Of a DNA stretch of 64,000 nucleotides, positions 44,952 to 57,375 are shown piece by piece; position 1 is the stretch's first letter, and each line of letters starts with the position of its first letter. The notes beneath the pieces were generated by a model. It was not told where the DNA came from. It saw only the letters and a list, made by a program, of their open reading frames with translations, and ran no database searches. A program made the position numbers and the translations under genes. Source of the DNA: an uncultured Myxococcales bacterium (GTDB lineage Bacteria; Myxococcota_A; UBA9042); NCBI GenBank assembly GCA_903842345.1, contig CAIMLR010000039.1:3984-67983 (forward strand). Direction: 5' to 3'.

Positions 44952-45895
44952 GGGCCGCCCCCGATGTCGATGTCATCCGAGTCAGTGGCCGAGCGAGCGT
45001 GAACAGTCATGACGGTGCTGCCCGGGCGGACCGGCGAGGCCGTCGCACCGTGCACGTGAATGCGCCGTTTCCACGCGCGCCGCCACGGCGCCATGGCTTC
45101 CGGCTGGTCGCCAAACAGCAGACGGAACCGCTCGCGCAAATCGGCGGGCTGGAGATTCAGGTCCAGCTGACCCATGTAGGCAATCCCGCACGTCCCGGTT
45201 TCTTCTGAGACGACGACGACAACTGCGTCTGTCTCATCGGCCAGGCCAAGCGCCGCGCGGTGCCGGGAGCCGAGCGTTCCCGGGATACCCGCGCCACCCG
45301 CGAGCGGCAGGAAACACGCCGCGGCCGCGATCTTGCCCTTCTGCAGAATCACCGCGCCGTCGTGGGTCGCATTGGCGTGCTCGGGATTGAAAAGCGCGGC
45401 CAACAGCTGCCAGGAGACTTCCGCATTCATCCGCACGCCGTCCGCGACGTAGCGGTCCAGGGCGGCTTCCTGCTCAATCACGATCAGCGCGCCCAGATGC
45501 TTCTGACTCAGGACGGCGCAGGCCCGGAGCACTTCCTCCAGCACCTCATTGCTCGCCGAATCGCGGGACGAGAACACCAACGGCGAACGCACCATGGTCG
45601 TCAACGCGCGCTTGATGTCCTCCTGGAACAGGATCACGAAGAGCACGACGATCGACGAGACGAACCGACCGAGAATCCAGTGGATCGTCGGCAGATCGAG
45701 CACGTCCTCCTGGCTGGCGTAGTAGAGCAGAAAGAGCGCGGCGACGGCCGTGAGCATCGCGCCCGACCGCGAGCCGCGCAGCAGCGAGAGGACTTGGTAG
45801 ATGAGCGCGGCGACGAGCGCGATGTCCAATATCCAGCGCCACTCGGCGGGGGCCGAACCGGAGATGAACGCGCTGGAGAAGTCGAATTCGGGCAC
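44948..45895 (-). CDS. cdaA: Diadenylate cyclase CdaA/DacA
   Basis: Three N-terminal TM segments and motifs GALIVIE, HDGAVI, GSRHRAALG and VVSEETG. GTG start after GAGG. Confidence 0.92.
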   Translation of the reverse strand: MPEFDFSSAFISGSAPAEWRWILDIALVAALIYQVLSLLRGSRSGAMLTAVAALFLLYYASQEDVLDLPTIHWILGRFVSSIVVLFVILFQEDIKRALTTMVRSPLVFSSRDSASNEVLEEVLRACAVLSQKHLGALIVIEQEAALDRYVADGVRMNAEVSWQLLAALFNPEHANATHDGAVILQKGKIAAAACFLPLAGGAGIPGTLGSRHRAALGLADETDAVVVVVSEETGTCGIAYMGQLDLNLQPADLRERFRLLFGDQPEAMAPWRRAWKRRIHVHGATASPVRPGSTVMTVHARSATDSDDIDIGGGP

Positions 45896-45964
45896 TGCGC
45901 CTCGGTTTCTCGTCAAGGATTCCCGCCACGGACGGCGAAATGCCGTCCAAGGCCCATTCTCTAT

Positions 45965-46828
45965 TCAACAAGCAGCTTCAGCCGCAGCCTCGCGGATAGC
46001 CGCTGCAACGTCAAGTACTTGTCGCATCACGCGCACGTCGTGCACGCGGACAAAAGCGGCTCCGGCGAGCACCGCCGCAGTCACTGCAGCCGCCGTCGCC
46101 CCCAACCGATCGTCCACCGGCGCGCCCGTGATCGCGCCCAGAAAGGACTTTCGCGACGGGCCGACGTAGAGCGGCAGTCCGAGCCTAGCAAGCGCCCCGG
46201 ACGGGCGCAACAACGCCAAATTCTGCTGTACGGACTTGCCAAAGCCGATTCCGGGATCGATCGCAAGTTGCGTGCGGGCCACGCCAGCAGCCTCCGCGCG
46301 GGCGACCACTCCAGCCAACTCTGCGGCGATTTGGCGGATCGCGGCGAGCGGATCGTCGGGCAGCGCGGCAACCTTCTGCGACGCCCCCATCTGCCCCACC
46401 GCGTGCGGCATGTGCATGAGCACCCACGCCGCGCCCGTGCGCGCGACCACGTCGCCCATCTGCGGATCGCCAAAGCCGCTGACGTCGTTGACCATCGCGG
46501 CCCCGAGATCCAGCGCCGCCGCCGCGATCGCCGCGCGTCGCGTATCCACGGAGAGCGGCACGTCCAGCCGATCGGCCAAGGCTGCCACGGCGGGGAGCAC
46601 GCGGTCCGCTTCCTCGTCCGCTGACACCGCCGCCGCGTGCGGACGCGTCGACTCGCCGCCGAGATCGAGGATGTCCGCGCCGTCGCGCACCAGCTGTTCG
46701 GCGCGGCGCAGGAGGTGGTCCAGCGTCGGGATCTGGCCGCCATCGGAGAAACTATCGGGCGTCAGATTGACGATACCGACAAGCAACGGCTTGCGCAGGT
46801 CGAAGTGGCGATCGCGCAAGTGCATCAT
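45965..46828 (-). CDS. folP: Dihydropteroate synthase
   Basis: Motifs GIVNLTPDSFSDGG, DLGGESTRP, DPGIGFGK, SRKSF and VRVHDV. Confidence 0.97.
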   Translation of the reverse strand: MMHLRDRHFDLRKPLLVGIVNLTPDSFSDGGQIPTLDHLLRRAEQLVRDGADILDLGGESTRPHAAAVSADEEADRVLPAVAALADRLDVPLSVDTRRAAIAAAALDLGAAMVNDVSGFGDPQMGDVVARTGAAWVLMHMPHAVGQMGASQKVAALPDDPLAAIRQIAAELAGVVARAEAAGVARTQLAIDPGIGFGKSVQQNLALLRPSGALARLGLPLYVGPSRKSFLGAITGAPVDDRLGATAAAVTAAVLAGAAFVRVHDVRVMRQVLDVAAAIREAAAEAAC

Positions 46829-46882
46829 GGGCTCGCGAGGTGCGCACAGGCGCCGACCAGCAACGTGTTGCGCCCTGACGCG

Positions 46883-48820
<1,938 letters not shown>

Positions 48821-48932
48821 GATCGACTCCTGATGGGCTGCATTCGCTCGGCAGGCCGCATCCCGTTAGACGCGCAAACCGTCAAAGAAGTGCGCGGTAG
48901 ATGCGCACGATCTGCGAACACCCCACGTAGTC

Positions 48933-48961
48933 AGGTTAGTCCGCAGGTGCGGGTCGCGCAA
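48933..48961 (-). promoter_or_regulatory. Putative sigma-70 promoter for the ftsH operon
   Basis: Minus strand TTGCGC-17 nt-TAACCT overlapping the tilS stop. Confidence 0.4.
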
Positions 48962-49934
48962 CGTCCTTGGCAAAAAACTGCCACAAGATGCCGTCGCCGG
49001 TCGCGGTTAGCCCGTGCAAATCGCAGGTGCCGCGGGAACCGAGCGCCAGCCATTGCGCCACTGCACGCTGCGAGGGCGCCGGGATCGCCAGCCGCTGACA
49101 AACCAGCTGCAGCAGCGCGGCTTGCGCGGCCGGATGCTCCGGCAGATCGGCGACCGGCACGCGCGCCGCGCCCGCGACCGCGTCAATGTGCAGGCGATCG
49201 CCCAGCGCGCGATCGATCCACGCTGCCAGCGCGCCTTCCTGCGCCGCCGCCAGCATCGCCGACCGCGCCAGCCCCGCGGTCGCCCCGGGCAGCGCGCGCT
49301 CCAGCGCCGGAAGGACAACGTGGCGCAGGTGATTGCGACTCATGGCCAGATCGTCGTTGGACGGATCGGCGAGCCAGGGGACCTGAAAGTGCGCGGCGAT
49401 TGCGGCGAGCTGCCCGCGCGTCAGCGCCAACAGCGGCCGCACGATCGCATCCACCCGCACGCGCCTGACCCCCGCGTGCGCGTCCATGCCCGCACCGCGC
49501 GCGAGCCGCAAGAGCACCGTCTCGGCCTGATCGTCCGCGTGATGCGCCGTCGCGATGCAATCCGCCTGCAGAATCACCCGGCACGCCTCGAGCGCCCGAT
49601 ACCGCACGGTCCGCGCCCGCGCCTCCAGCCCCGCGCCGTGCTTCACCGTCACCGGGCGGAGGACGACCGGCAGCCCGCGACGCTCCGCTTCCGCCCGGAC
49701 GATCTCGGCGGTCGCGCTGTGGTTGGCCTGCAGCCCGTGATCGACGTGCGCCACAACCAGCGAATGGCCAAGCGACGGCCGCAGCGCATCGAGCAGGGCG
49801 AGCGCCGCCATGGAATCGCGACCGCCGCTGCATGCCAGCAGCACCCGCTGGCCGGGTCGCCAGAGCTGATGACGCCGCACGTCCCGGCGAACCTGGTCAA
49901 GCGCGCGGCGGATTTCGGTCGGAATCGGAGTCAT
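48936..49934 (-). CDS. tilS: tRNA(Ile)-lysidine synthetase
   Basis: Motifs CSGGRDS, HVDHGL, TAHHADDQAET, RPLL, DPSN and RN.LR. The ORF-track extension to 52907 is an antisense shadow. Confidence 0.93.
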   Translation of the reverse strand: MTPIPTEIRRALDQVRRDVRRHQLWRPGQRVLLACSGGRDSMAALALLDALRPSLGHSLVVAHVDHGLQANHSATAEIVRAEAERRGLPVVLRPVTVKHGAGLEARARTVRYRALEACRVILQADCIATAHHADDQAETVLLRLARGAGMDAHAGVRRVRVDAIVRPLLALTRGQLAAIAAHFQVPWLADPSNDDLAMSRNHLRHVVLPALERALPGATAGLARSAMLAAAQEGALAAWIDRALGDRLHIDAVAGAARVPVADLPEHPAAQAALLQLVCQRLAIPAPSQRAVAQWLALGSRGTCDLHGLTATGDGILWQFFAKDVARPAPAD

Positions 49935-49997
49935 GTCGTTGCACGCAGTCGGACGGCGAGCGTACCATAACGGCCCGGGAAACTCCGAGAGGACAAC

Positions 49998-51665
<1,668 letters not shown>

Positions 51666-51671
51666 TCGCTG

Positions 51672-52646
51672 ATGGCCGCGCAACTGACCTTCTTCTGCGA
51701 GTTGTCGAGCGAACGCCTGCAAGCGCTTTTCGCGGATCCGGCGTTGATTCCGCTGCTGGCGGAACACGGCTGCGGCGTGGCGATGGCGCTGATCGACCTG
51801 TCCCCGGAGCGCGCAGCGGTGGTCCGCGCGCTGACTGCGGCCGGCGTGCCGGTGACGGCGTGGCTCGTGCTGGACGAAATGGATGGCTACTGGCTGACGC
51901 TGGACAATGTGCAACTGGCGCGCGATCGCTGGCGGCAGATCCGCGCGTGGCTGCGGCGGTACGAACTGGAGTTCGCTTGCGTCGGTCTGGACATTGAGGC
52001 GCCGCACGACGATGCGGTCGCGCTGCTGGATACGCCGCTCCTGACGCTGGCGCGGCTGACGTGGCTGCGGCGGACCCGGCAGGAATGGCGGGCGGCGCTG
52101 GCCGACTTGCAGGCGCTCGTCGCGGAGATCCGCGCGGACGTGCCGGAAATCGAGACCTACCAGTTTCCGTTCATCGCCGACGAGCGTGCGGCGCGGTCCA
52201 CGCTGCTGCAGCGCGTGCTGGGCATTGTGGACCTGCGCGCCGATCGGGAAGTGCTGATGCTCTATCGTTCGACGCTGCCCGATCCGTGGGGCGCGTCGCT
52301 GATTGACGCCTACGGCCATCAGGCGGAAGCGATCGCGATTGGCATCACCGGCGGAGGCGTCGTGGCGCTGGAAGGGACGTTTGCGCCGCGGCAACTCGAC
52401 CTCGGCGCAACGCTCGACGAACTGGCGCGGGCGCGGCGGCACACGCAGCGCCTGTATGTGTTCTCGCTGGAAGGCTGCATCGCCCAAGGCTGGCTGGCCG
52501 ACCTGTTGCGCGCTGACTGGCCAGAACCGCAGCCCGCGCAAGGCGTTGGCCGCACGCGGGCGGGTCGCGTCGTCGTCGGCACGCTGCTCAAGGCCGATCG
52601 CGTGATCGGGCACCTCCGGCGATTCATCCGCGTGCAGTTGCCGTGA
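51672..52646 (+). CDS. Hypothetical protein (possible TIM-barrel)
   Basis: Starts 6 nt after the mutase stop, shows normal codon bias and an alternating beta/alpha pattern with GLDIE. Confidence 0.6.
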   Translation: MAAQLTFFCELSSERLQALFADPALIPLLAEHGCGVAMALIDLSPERAAVVRALTAAGVPVTAWLVLDEMDGYWLTLDNVQLARDRWRQIRAWLRRYELEFACVGLDIEAPHDDAVALLDTPLLTLARLTWLRRTRQEWRAALADLQALVAEIRADVPEIETYQFPFIADERAARSTLLQRVLGIVDLRADREVLMLYRSTLPDPWGASLIDAYGHQAEAIAIGITGGGVVALEGTFAPRQLDLGATLDELARARRHTQRLYVFSLEGCIAQGWLADLLRADWPEPQPAQGVGRTRAGRVVVGTLLKADRVIGHLRRFIRVQLP

Positions 52647-52704
52647 TTGTTGCGACAGTCTAACGTTGCGGCGCGGCCAAGGGCGGACGCACAGCGGAAT
52701 TTCC

Positions 52705-53769
52705 GTGGCCAAGAAGCACGCACTCAGCGCAACCGGTGGTCGCAGCCCATTTGGCCTCGCCGAGTTCATGGCGTTTTGGTGGCGCGACCCGCGCCGCCGC
52801 ATCATGCTGGCGATCCTGCTGTGCACGGCGTGGCTGTGTTTCTTCGGCGCGCAGTGGTTTCGCGTGGAAAAGACCGTCGCGGGCGGGCGCCGCGCGCTGG
52901 GCGTCACCGCGGAGACGACCTACTTGCCGCCCGGGCCCGTGCTGCGCATCCTGGCGCTCGGTCAACAGTCGTTCCTCGCGGACCTCGTGTACGTGCGGGC
53001 GGCGCACTATTTTGTCGAGCATCTGGTCACCGATAGCCAACTGCCGTGGCTGGACCGCTACCTGAACGCGATCTGGGCGCTGGACGCCAACTGCAAGTCG
53101 TCGTACCGGTGGGGCAGCGAGGTCGTGAAATTCGGCCAGCGTATCGACCGCGACGTCTCGATGCGCGCCAATCACTTCGCCCGCCTCGGTCTGGAGGCGC
53201 AGCCCGACAACCCGTGGCTGTACCATGAGATCGCGTTCAACCTGCGCTACGCCATGGATCCGCACACGCCGGCGGAGACCCAGTATTACCGGGAGTTGTC
53301 GCTGCGGTATCTGGAGATCGCCTACACGTTTCCCAATTTTGTCTATGATCCCAATTATCTCGCCTCACAGTATGCGCGCGCTGGGCAAGTCGATGAAGGC
53401 ATCAAGTCGGCGCTTGTGAACTATGGCGGCGCGACGGACGAGCAGCGCCGCGAGCTGCGCAACATGCTGACGGAGCGCAATCGCGGCGAAGAGGCGGGCG
53501 AGCTGGCGTGGCTCGACGTCGTGCATCAGCGCGACTGGTGGTACGTGGCGCCGGCGCTGGCGACGATGATTGGCCCCAAGCGCGTGCTCGTGCCGCCGCT
53601 GAACACGGCCGACGCGAGCGGTTGGCTGCGCGAGGTCGAGACCCCGCCGCCGCTGCTCAAGCGCCTGAACGTGCGGTTCATGCAGCCGACCGCCAACGAG
53701 CGCCCCGATTCTGCGGAATGGTTCACGGACCTGCCGCCGCCACTCACGGCGACTGCGCCGCTCAACTAA
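52705..53769 (+). CDS. Membrane-anchored helical protein, PilG/XapA-like
   Basis: N-terminal TM segment, YLP...LRILALG...LADLVYVRA..YF, TPR-like helices; lies upstream of a PilH/PilI-like ABC pair. Confidence 0.55.
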   Translation: MAKKHALSATGGRSPFGLAEFMAFWWRDPRRRIMLAILLCTAWLCFFGAQWFRVEKTVAGGRRALGVTAETTYLPPGPVLRILALGQQSFLADLVYVRAAHYFVEHLVTDSQLPWLDRYLNAIWALDANCKSSYRWGSEVVKFGQRIDRDVSMRANHFARLGLEAQPDNPWLYHEIAFNLRYAMDPHTPAETQYYRELSLRYLEIAYTFPNFVYDPNYLASQYARAGQVDEGIKSALVNYGGATDEQRRELRNMLTERNRGEEAGELAWLDVVHQRDWWYVAPALATMIGPKRVLVPPLNTADASGWLREVETPPPLLKRLNVRFMQPTANERPDSAEWFTDLPPPLTATAPLN

Positions 53770-53778
53770 AGGAACACC

Positions 53779-54798
53779 ATGGACCTCTCGCTGAAAGCTC
53801 TTTCCGGGCAAACGGTCGCCATCACCGGCGGCGCGGGCTTCATCGGCTCGGCGCTGGCAGAGCGCTTGGCCACGGATCCGACGATCCGCATCGTGCTTTT
53901 TGACAACATGCACCACGACGCCGTGTCCGCGACGCCGCTGCTGAAGCTCGCCAACGTCAAGCTGTTTCGCGGCGACGTGCGGGACAAGTTCGCCGTGGCG
54001 CAGGCGCTGGCGGGCGCCAATCACATCATCCACATGGCCTCGATCGCCGGCGTGGACACGGTGATGAAAGCACCGGTGCTGACGATGCAGGTCAGCCTGC
54101 AGGGCACGATGAACGTGCTGGAAGTCGCGCAGGCGATGCGCGAGCGCGGCGAGGATGTGCGGCGCGTCGTCGATTTCTCGACGTCGGAAGTGTTCGGGCG
54201 GTACGCGTTCAACGTCGCGGAGACCGATGCGACGTCGCTCGGCGCGGTGGGCGAAGCGCGCTGGACCTACGCCGTGGCCAAGCTGGCGACGGAGCACCTG
54301 TGCGCCAACTACCACAAGCAGTATGGCCTGCCGACCGTGGCGATTCGCCCGTTCAACATCTACGGTCCGCGGCAAATCGGCACGGGCGCGATCCACCATT
54401 TTGTCCGCCGGGCGCTGCGCAACGAGCCGCTGACCATTCACAACGACGGCTCGCAGATCCGGTCGTGGTGCTACATCGACGACATCATCGACGGCATGTT
54501 GCTGGTCCTGACGCGCGACGAGGCGGTCGGCCAGTCCTTCAACATCGGCAGTCCGCGGTCAACGGTGACGATTCACCAGCTGGCGCGCGACATTGTGCGG
54601 CTGGCCGGCTCGACGTCAGAATTGCAGTGCGTGCCTTGGAATTTCCCCGACGTGGAGCTGCGCGTGCCGGACATCTCCAAAGCCCGGAAGTTGCTCAGCT
54701 ACGAGCCGCTGATGGACCTGGAGGAAGGCCTGGCGCGCACGATCGCGTGGTACAAGGAGCAGGCGATGGACGCGCCGGTGAATACGACGCACGCGTGA
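53779..54798 (+). CDS. NAD-dependent epimerase/dehydratase (UDP-sugar-modifying extended SDR)
   Basis: Motifs TGGAGFIGS, STSEVFG, YAVAK and RPFNIYGPRQ. Confidence 0.92.
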   Translation: MDLSLKALSGQTVAITGGAGFIGSALAERLATDPTIRIVLFDNMHHDAVSATPLLKLANVKLFRGDVRDKFAVAQALAGANHIIHMASIAGVDTVMKAPVLTMQVSLQGTMNVLEVAQAMRERGEDVRRVVDFSTSEVFGRYAFNVAETDATSLGAVGEARWTYAVAKLATEHLCANYHKQYGLPTVAIRPFNIYGPRQIGTGAIHHFVRRALRNEPLTIHNDGSQIRSWCYIDDIIDGMLLVLTRDEAVGQSFNIGSPRSTVTIHQLARDIVRLAGSTSELQCVPWNFPDVELRVPDISKARKLLSYEPLMDLEEGLARTIAWYKEQAMDAPVNTTHA

Positions 54799-54873
54799 CG
54801 TTGCCGCGCAGGGATGCATGGTTTAGGGTTGGCGCCGGTGAATCGGCCGGCAAAACGGCGGAAAAGGGATCGC

Positions 54874-55866
54874 GTGGCAGAGCATCAGGACGACATTTTG
54901 GCGCTTGAGCACTTGGGCAAGACGTTTCGCGTCGGCTTTTGGGGCAAGAAAGTGCAGGCCGTGCGGGACGTCTCGCTGACGCTCAAGCGCGGTGAATCGC
55001 TGGGCTATCTGGGCCCGAACGGCAGCGGCAAGACCACGTCCATCAAGTGCATCCTCAGCCTCATCCAGCCAACGGTCGGCAAGATCCGCCTGTTCGGCGA
55101 GGATCCCAGCAACGCCAGCGCCCGCGCCCGCGTGGGCTACCTCCCGGAAGCGCCGTATTTCTACGACTACCTCAAGCCGACGGAAGTGCTCGACTACGTG
55201 GGCAAGCTCTACGGCTTGGACGCCGCGACGCGCAAGAAGCGGATTCCGTACCTGCTCGATCGCCTCGGGCTGTCCAACGCGCTGGATCGCGAGCTGCGCG
55301 GCTTCTCCAAAGGCATGCTGCAGCGCGTGGGCATCGCCCAGAGCCTGCTGTCCGACCCGGATCTGCTGATTTACGATGAGCCGCTCTCGGGCCTGGATCC
55401 GATTGGCCGCAAGGAAGTGCGCGAACTGATGGCGGATCTGCGCCGCGAGGGCAAGTCGCTGTTCTTCAGTTCGCACGTCCTGACTGACATTGAGACGCTT
55501 TGCGACGCCGTGTGCATCCTCGATCGCGGTGAAGTCGTGGCGCAAGGCCGGCTGAGCGACTTGTTGCGCATGGACAAGCTGGAATCGGAAGCGCTTGTGG
55601 AATTGCCGATCGCGGACCTGGAGGCGGCCAAGGCGCGGCTGCTGGCGCTGCCGGGCGTCGAAGTCATGGAGGAACTCGCCAACGTGCTGCGGCTGCGGCT
55701 GCCGACGGACGTCGTGCCGGGGCTGACGGCCGCGGTGGTCGAGATCCACGCCACGCTGCGCGAGTTGTCGCAGCGGCGCGAATCGCTCGAAGAGTTGTTT
55801 GTGCAAAAAGCCGTGCACGTGTCGGCAGATGGCCAGCGCAGTCCAGCGGCGGGAAAATCGGCATGA
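54874..55866 (+). CDS. ABC transporter ATP-binding protein (PilH/XapD-like)
   Basis: Walker A GPNGSGKTT, signature FSKGM, and DEPLSGLDP. N-terminal KTFRVGFW is typical of PilH-like ATPases. Confidence 0.88.
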   Translation: MAEHQDDILALEHLGKTFRVGFWGKKVQAVRDVSLTLKRGESLGYLGPNGSGKTTSIKCILSLIQPTVGKIRLFGEDPSNASARARVGYLPEAPYFYDYLKPTEVLDYVGKLYGLDAATRKKRIPYLLDRLGLSNALDRELRGFSKGMLQRVGIAQSLLSDPDLLIYDEPLSGLDPIGRKEVRELMADLRREGKSLFFSSHVLTDIETLCDAVCILDRGEVVAQGRLSDLLRMDKLESEALVELPIADLEAAKARLLALPGVEVMEELANVLRLRLPTDVVPGLTAAVVEIHATLRELSQRRESLEELFVQKAVHVSADGQRSPAAGKSA

Positions 55867-56708
55867 ACATCCAAACGACCAACGAGAAGCTGATCCTGCG
55901 CATCGACGGCCCCATGGCCGCGCTGAGCCGCATCTCCGCGGTGGCGGGCAATACGCTGCGCGAGGCGGGGCGCAACAAGCTGTTCTTCGGCCTGCTGGGC
56001 GTGACCATCCTGATGCTGATCTTCTCGATCCTGCTCTCAGACCTCGCGCTGACCGACCAGAAAATCCGCCTCGTGACGGATTTTGGCCTCGCCGTCATTC
56101 CGCTTGTCTGCATCGCCACGGCCGTGCTGCTTGGCGCCGTGCTGCTCTACAAGGAAATCGACCGCAAGACGCTGTACGCGATCCTGCCCAAGCCGATTCG
56201 CCGCAGCGAATTCCTGATCGGCAAGTTCGTCGGCCTGTCCGCGCTGCTGCTTGGCCAGCTCATCGCCCTGGCGCTGTGCTGGGCTGGCGTGCTGCACTTG
56301 CGCGGCGGCTCGTTCTCCCTCGCACTGGCGCAGGCGCTGGGTCTGAACTACATCGAGATCCTGCTCGTCACGTCCGCGGCGCTGTTCTTCAGCGCGCTCT
56401 CGCGGCCGGTGCTGTCCGGCGTGCTGACCATGGGCGTGTTCCTCATCGGCCGCATCACGTATGTCATCAACGACCTGATGCAGGCGACCAAGGGCGTCTT
56501 CGCGGAAGTGCCGGCGATGCGCGCGCTCGGTCGCGTCCTGGTCGCCGTCGTGCCGGACCTCTCGACCTTCAACATCGCCGACGAACTGCAGGCGGGCATC
56601 GCCATCCCGCCCGACTACTTCGTCCACGCGACGCTGTATGGCCTGTCCTGGGTCGGCTTCTTCATTGCCCTGTCGCTCCTCGTCTTTGAACGCCGTGACC
56701 TGGTCTGA
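55863..56708 (+). CDS. ABC-2 type permease (PilI/XapB-like)
   Basis: Motifs NTLREA.R, KEIDRKTLYAILPKPIRRSEFLIGKF and C-terminal FERRDL; about six TM segments. Confidence 0.88.
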   Translation: MNIQTTNEKLILRIDGPMAALSRISAVAGNTLREAGRNKLFFGLLGVTILMLIFSILLSDLALTDQKIRLVTDFGLAVIPLVCIATAVLLGAVLLYKEIDRKTLYAILPKPIRRSEFLIGKFVGLSALLLGQLIALALCWAGVLHLRGGSFSLALAQALGLNYIEILLVTSAALFFSALSRPVLSGVLTMGVFLIGRITYVINDLMQATKGVFAEVPAMRALGRVLVAVVPDLSTFNIADELQAGIAIPPDYFVHATLYGLSWVGFFIALSLLVFERRDLV

Positions 56709-56725
56709 ACATGCGGACGCCATAG

Positions 56726-57373
56726 ATGCAATTCCAGATGCTTTGGCAGCGTTTGCGCCTGCCGCTCCTCGCCGCGCTGATTGTCTTGACCGCGCTCGCG
56801 GCGCGCGCGACGTGGGAGCAAGTGCAGGCGTATGACCGTGCGGTCGCGCTGGAACGCAGCGCCAAGGTCGATGCCGCGATTGACGAATACCGTTGGACGC
56901 TGCGTTGGTACACGCCATGGGGACCGAAGTGGACGGACGCAGCCGACGCGCTCGTGCGCATCGCCAGGACCGCGGATCAGCCTGAGCCAACGCGGGCAAT
57001 GCGGGCGCTGGACGCGCTGCGCTCGGGGCTCATCGCCGGACGGCACCTGTGGCAGCCGCGCGCGGACCTGGTCGCGTGGGTCAACACGACGATTCCGCCG
57101 GTGATGGTGCGCGTCGCGACGCAGTTGGGCGACAAGCGCGACAGCACGCAGCTGCTCGCGCAATTCACCAAGGATTACGCCAGGCCCGTCGGCGTCGCGC
57201 CGCTGACCTCAGCCGCCGTGGTGCTGGGCTTTCTCGCATGGCTGCTTGGGCTGCTGATGCTGGCCCGCCGCGGCCTGGACGCGGACGCGCGCATCACCCG
57301 GCTCGGCTGGCGCTGGCTCGCCGTCGCGGTCAGCGGCTTCGTGATCTGGACGCTCGCGATGTGGCTCGGTTGA
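56726..57373 (+). CDS. Hypothetical membrane protein
   Basis: One N-terminal TM segment, a helical soluble domain, and two C-terminal TM segments; operonic spacing. Confidence 0.65.
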   Translation: MQFQMLWQRLRLPLLAALIVLTALAARATWEQVQAYDRAVALERSAKVDAAIDEYRWTLRWYTPWGPKWTDAADALVRIARTADQPEPTRAMRALDALRSGLIAGRHLWQPRADLVAWVNTTIPPVMVRVATQLGDKRDSTQLLAQFTKDYARPVGVAPLTSAAVVLGFLAWLLGLLMLARRGLDADARITRLGWRWLAVAVSGFVIWTLAMWLG

Positions 57374-57375
57374 AG

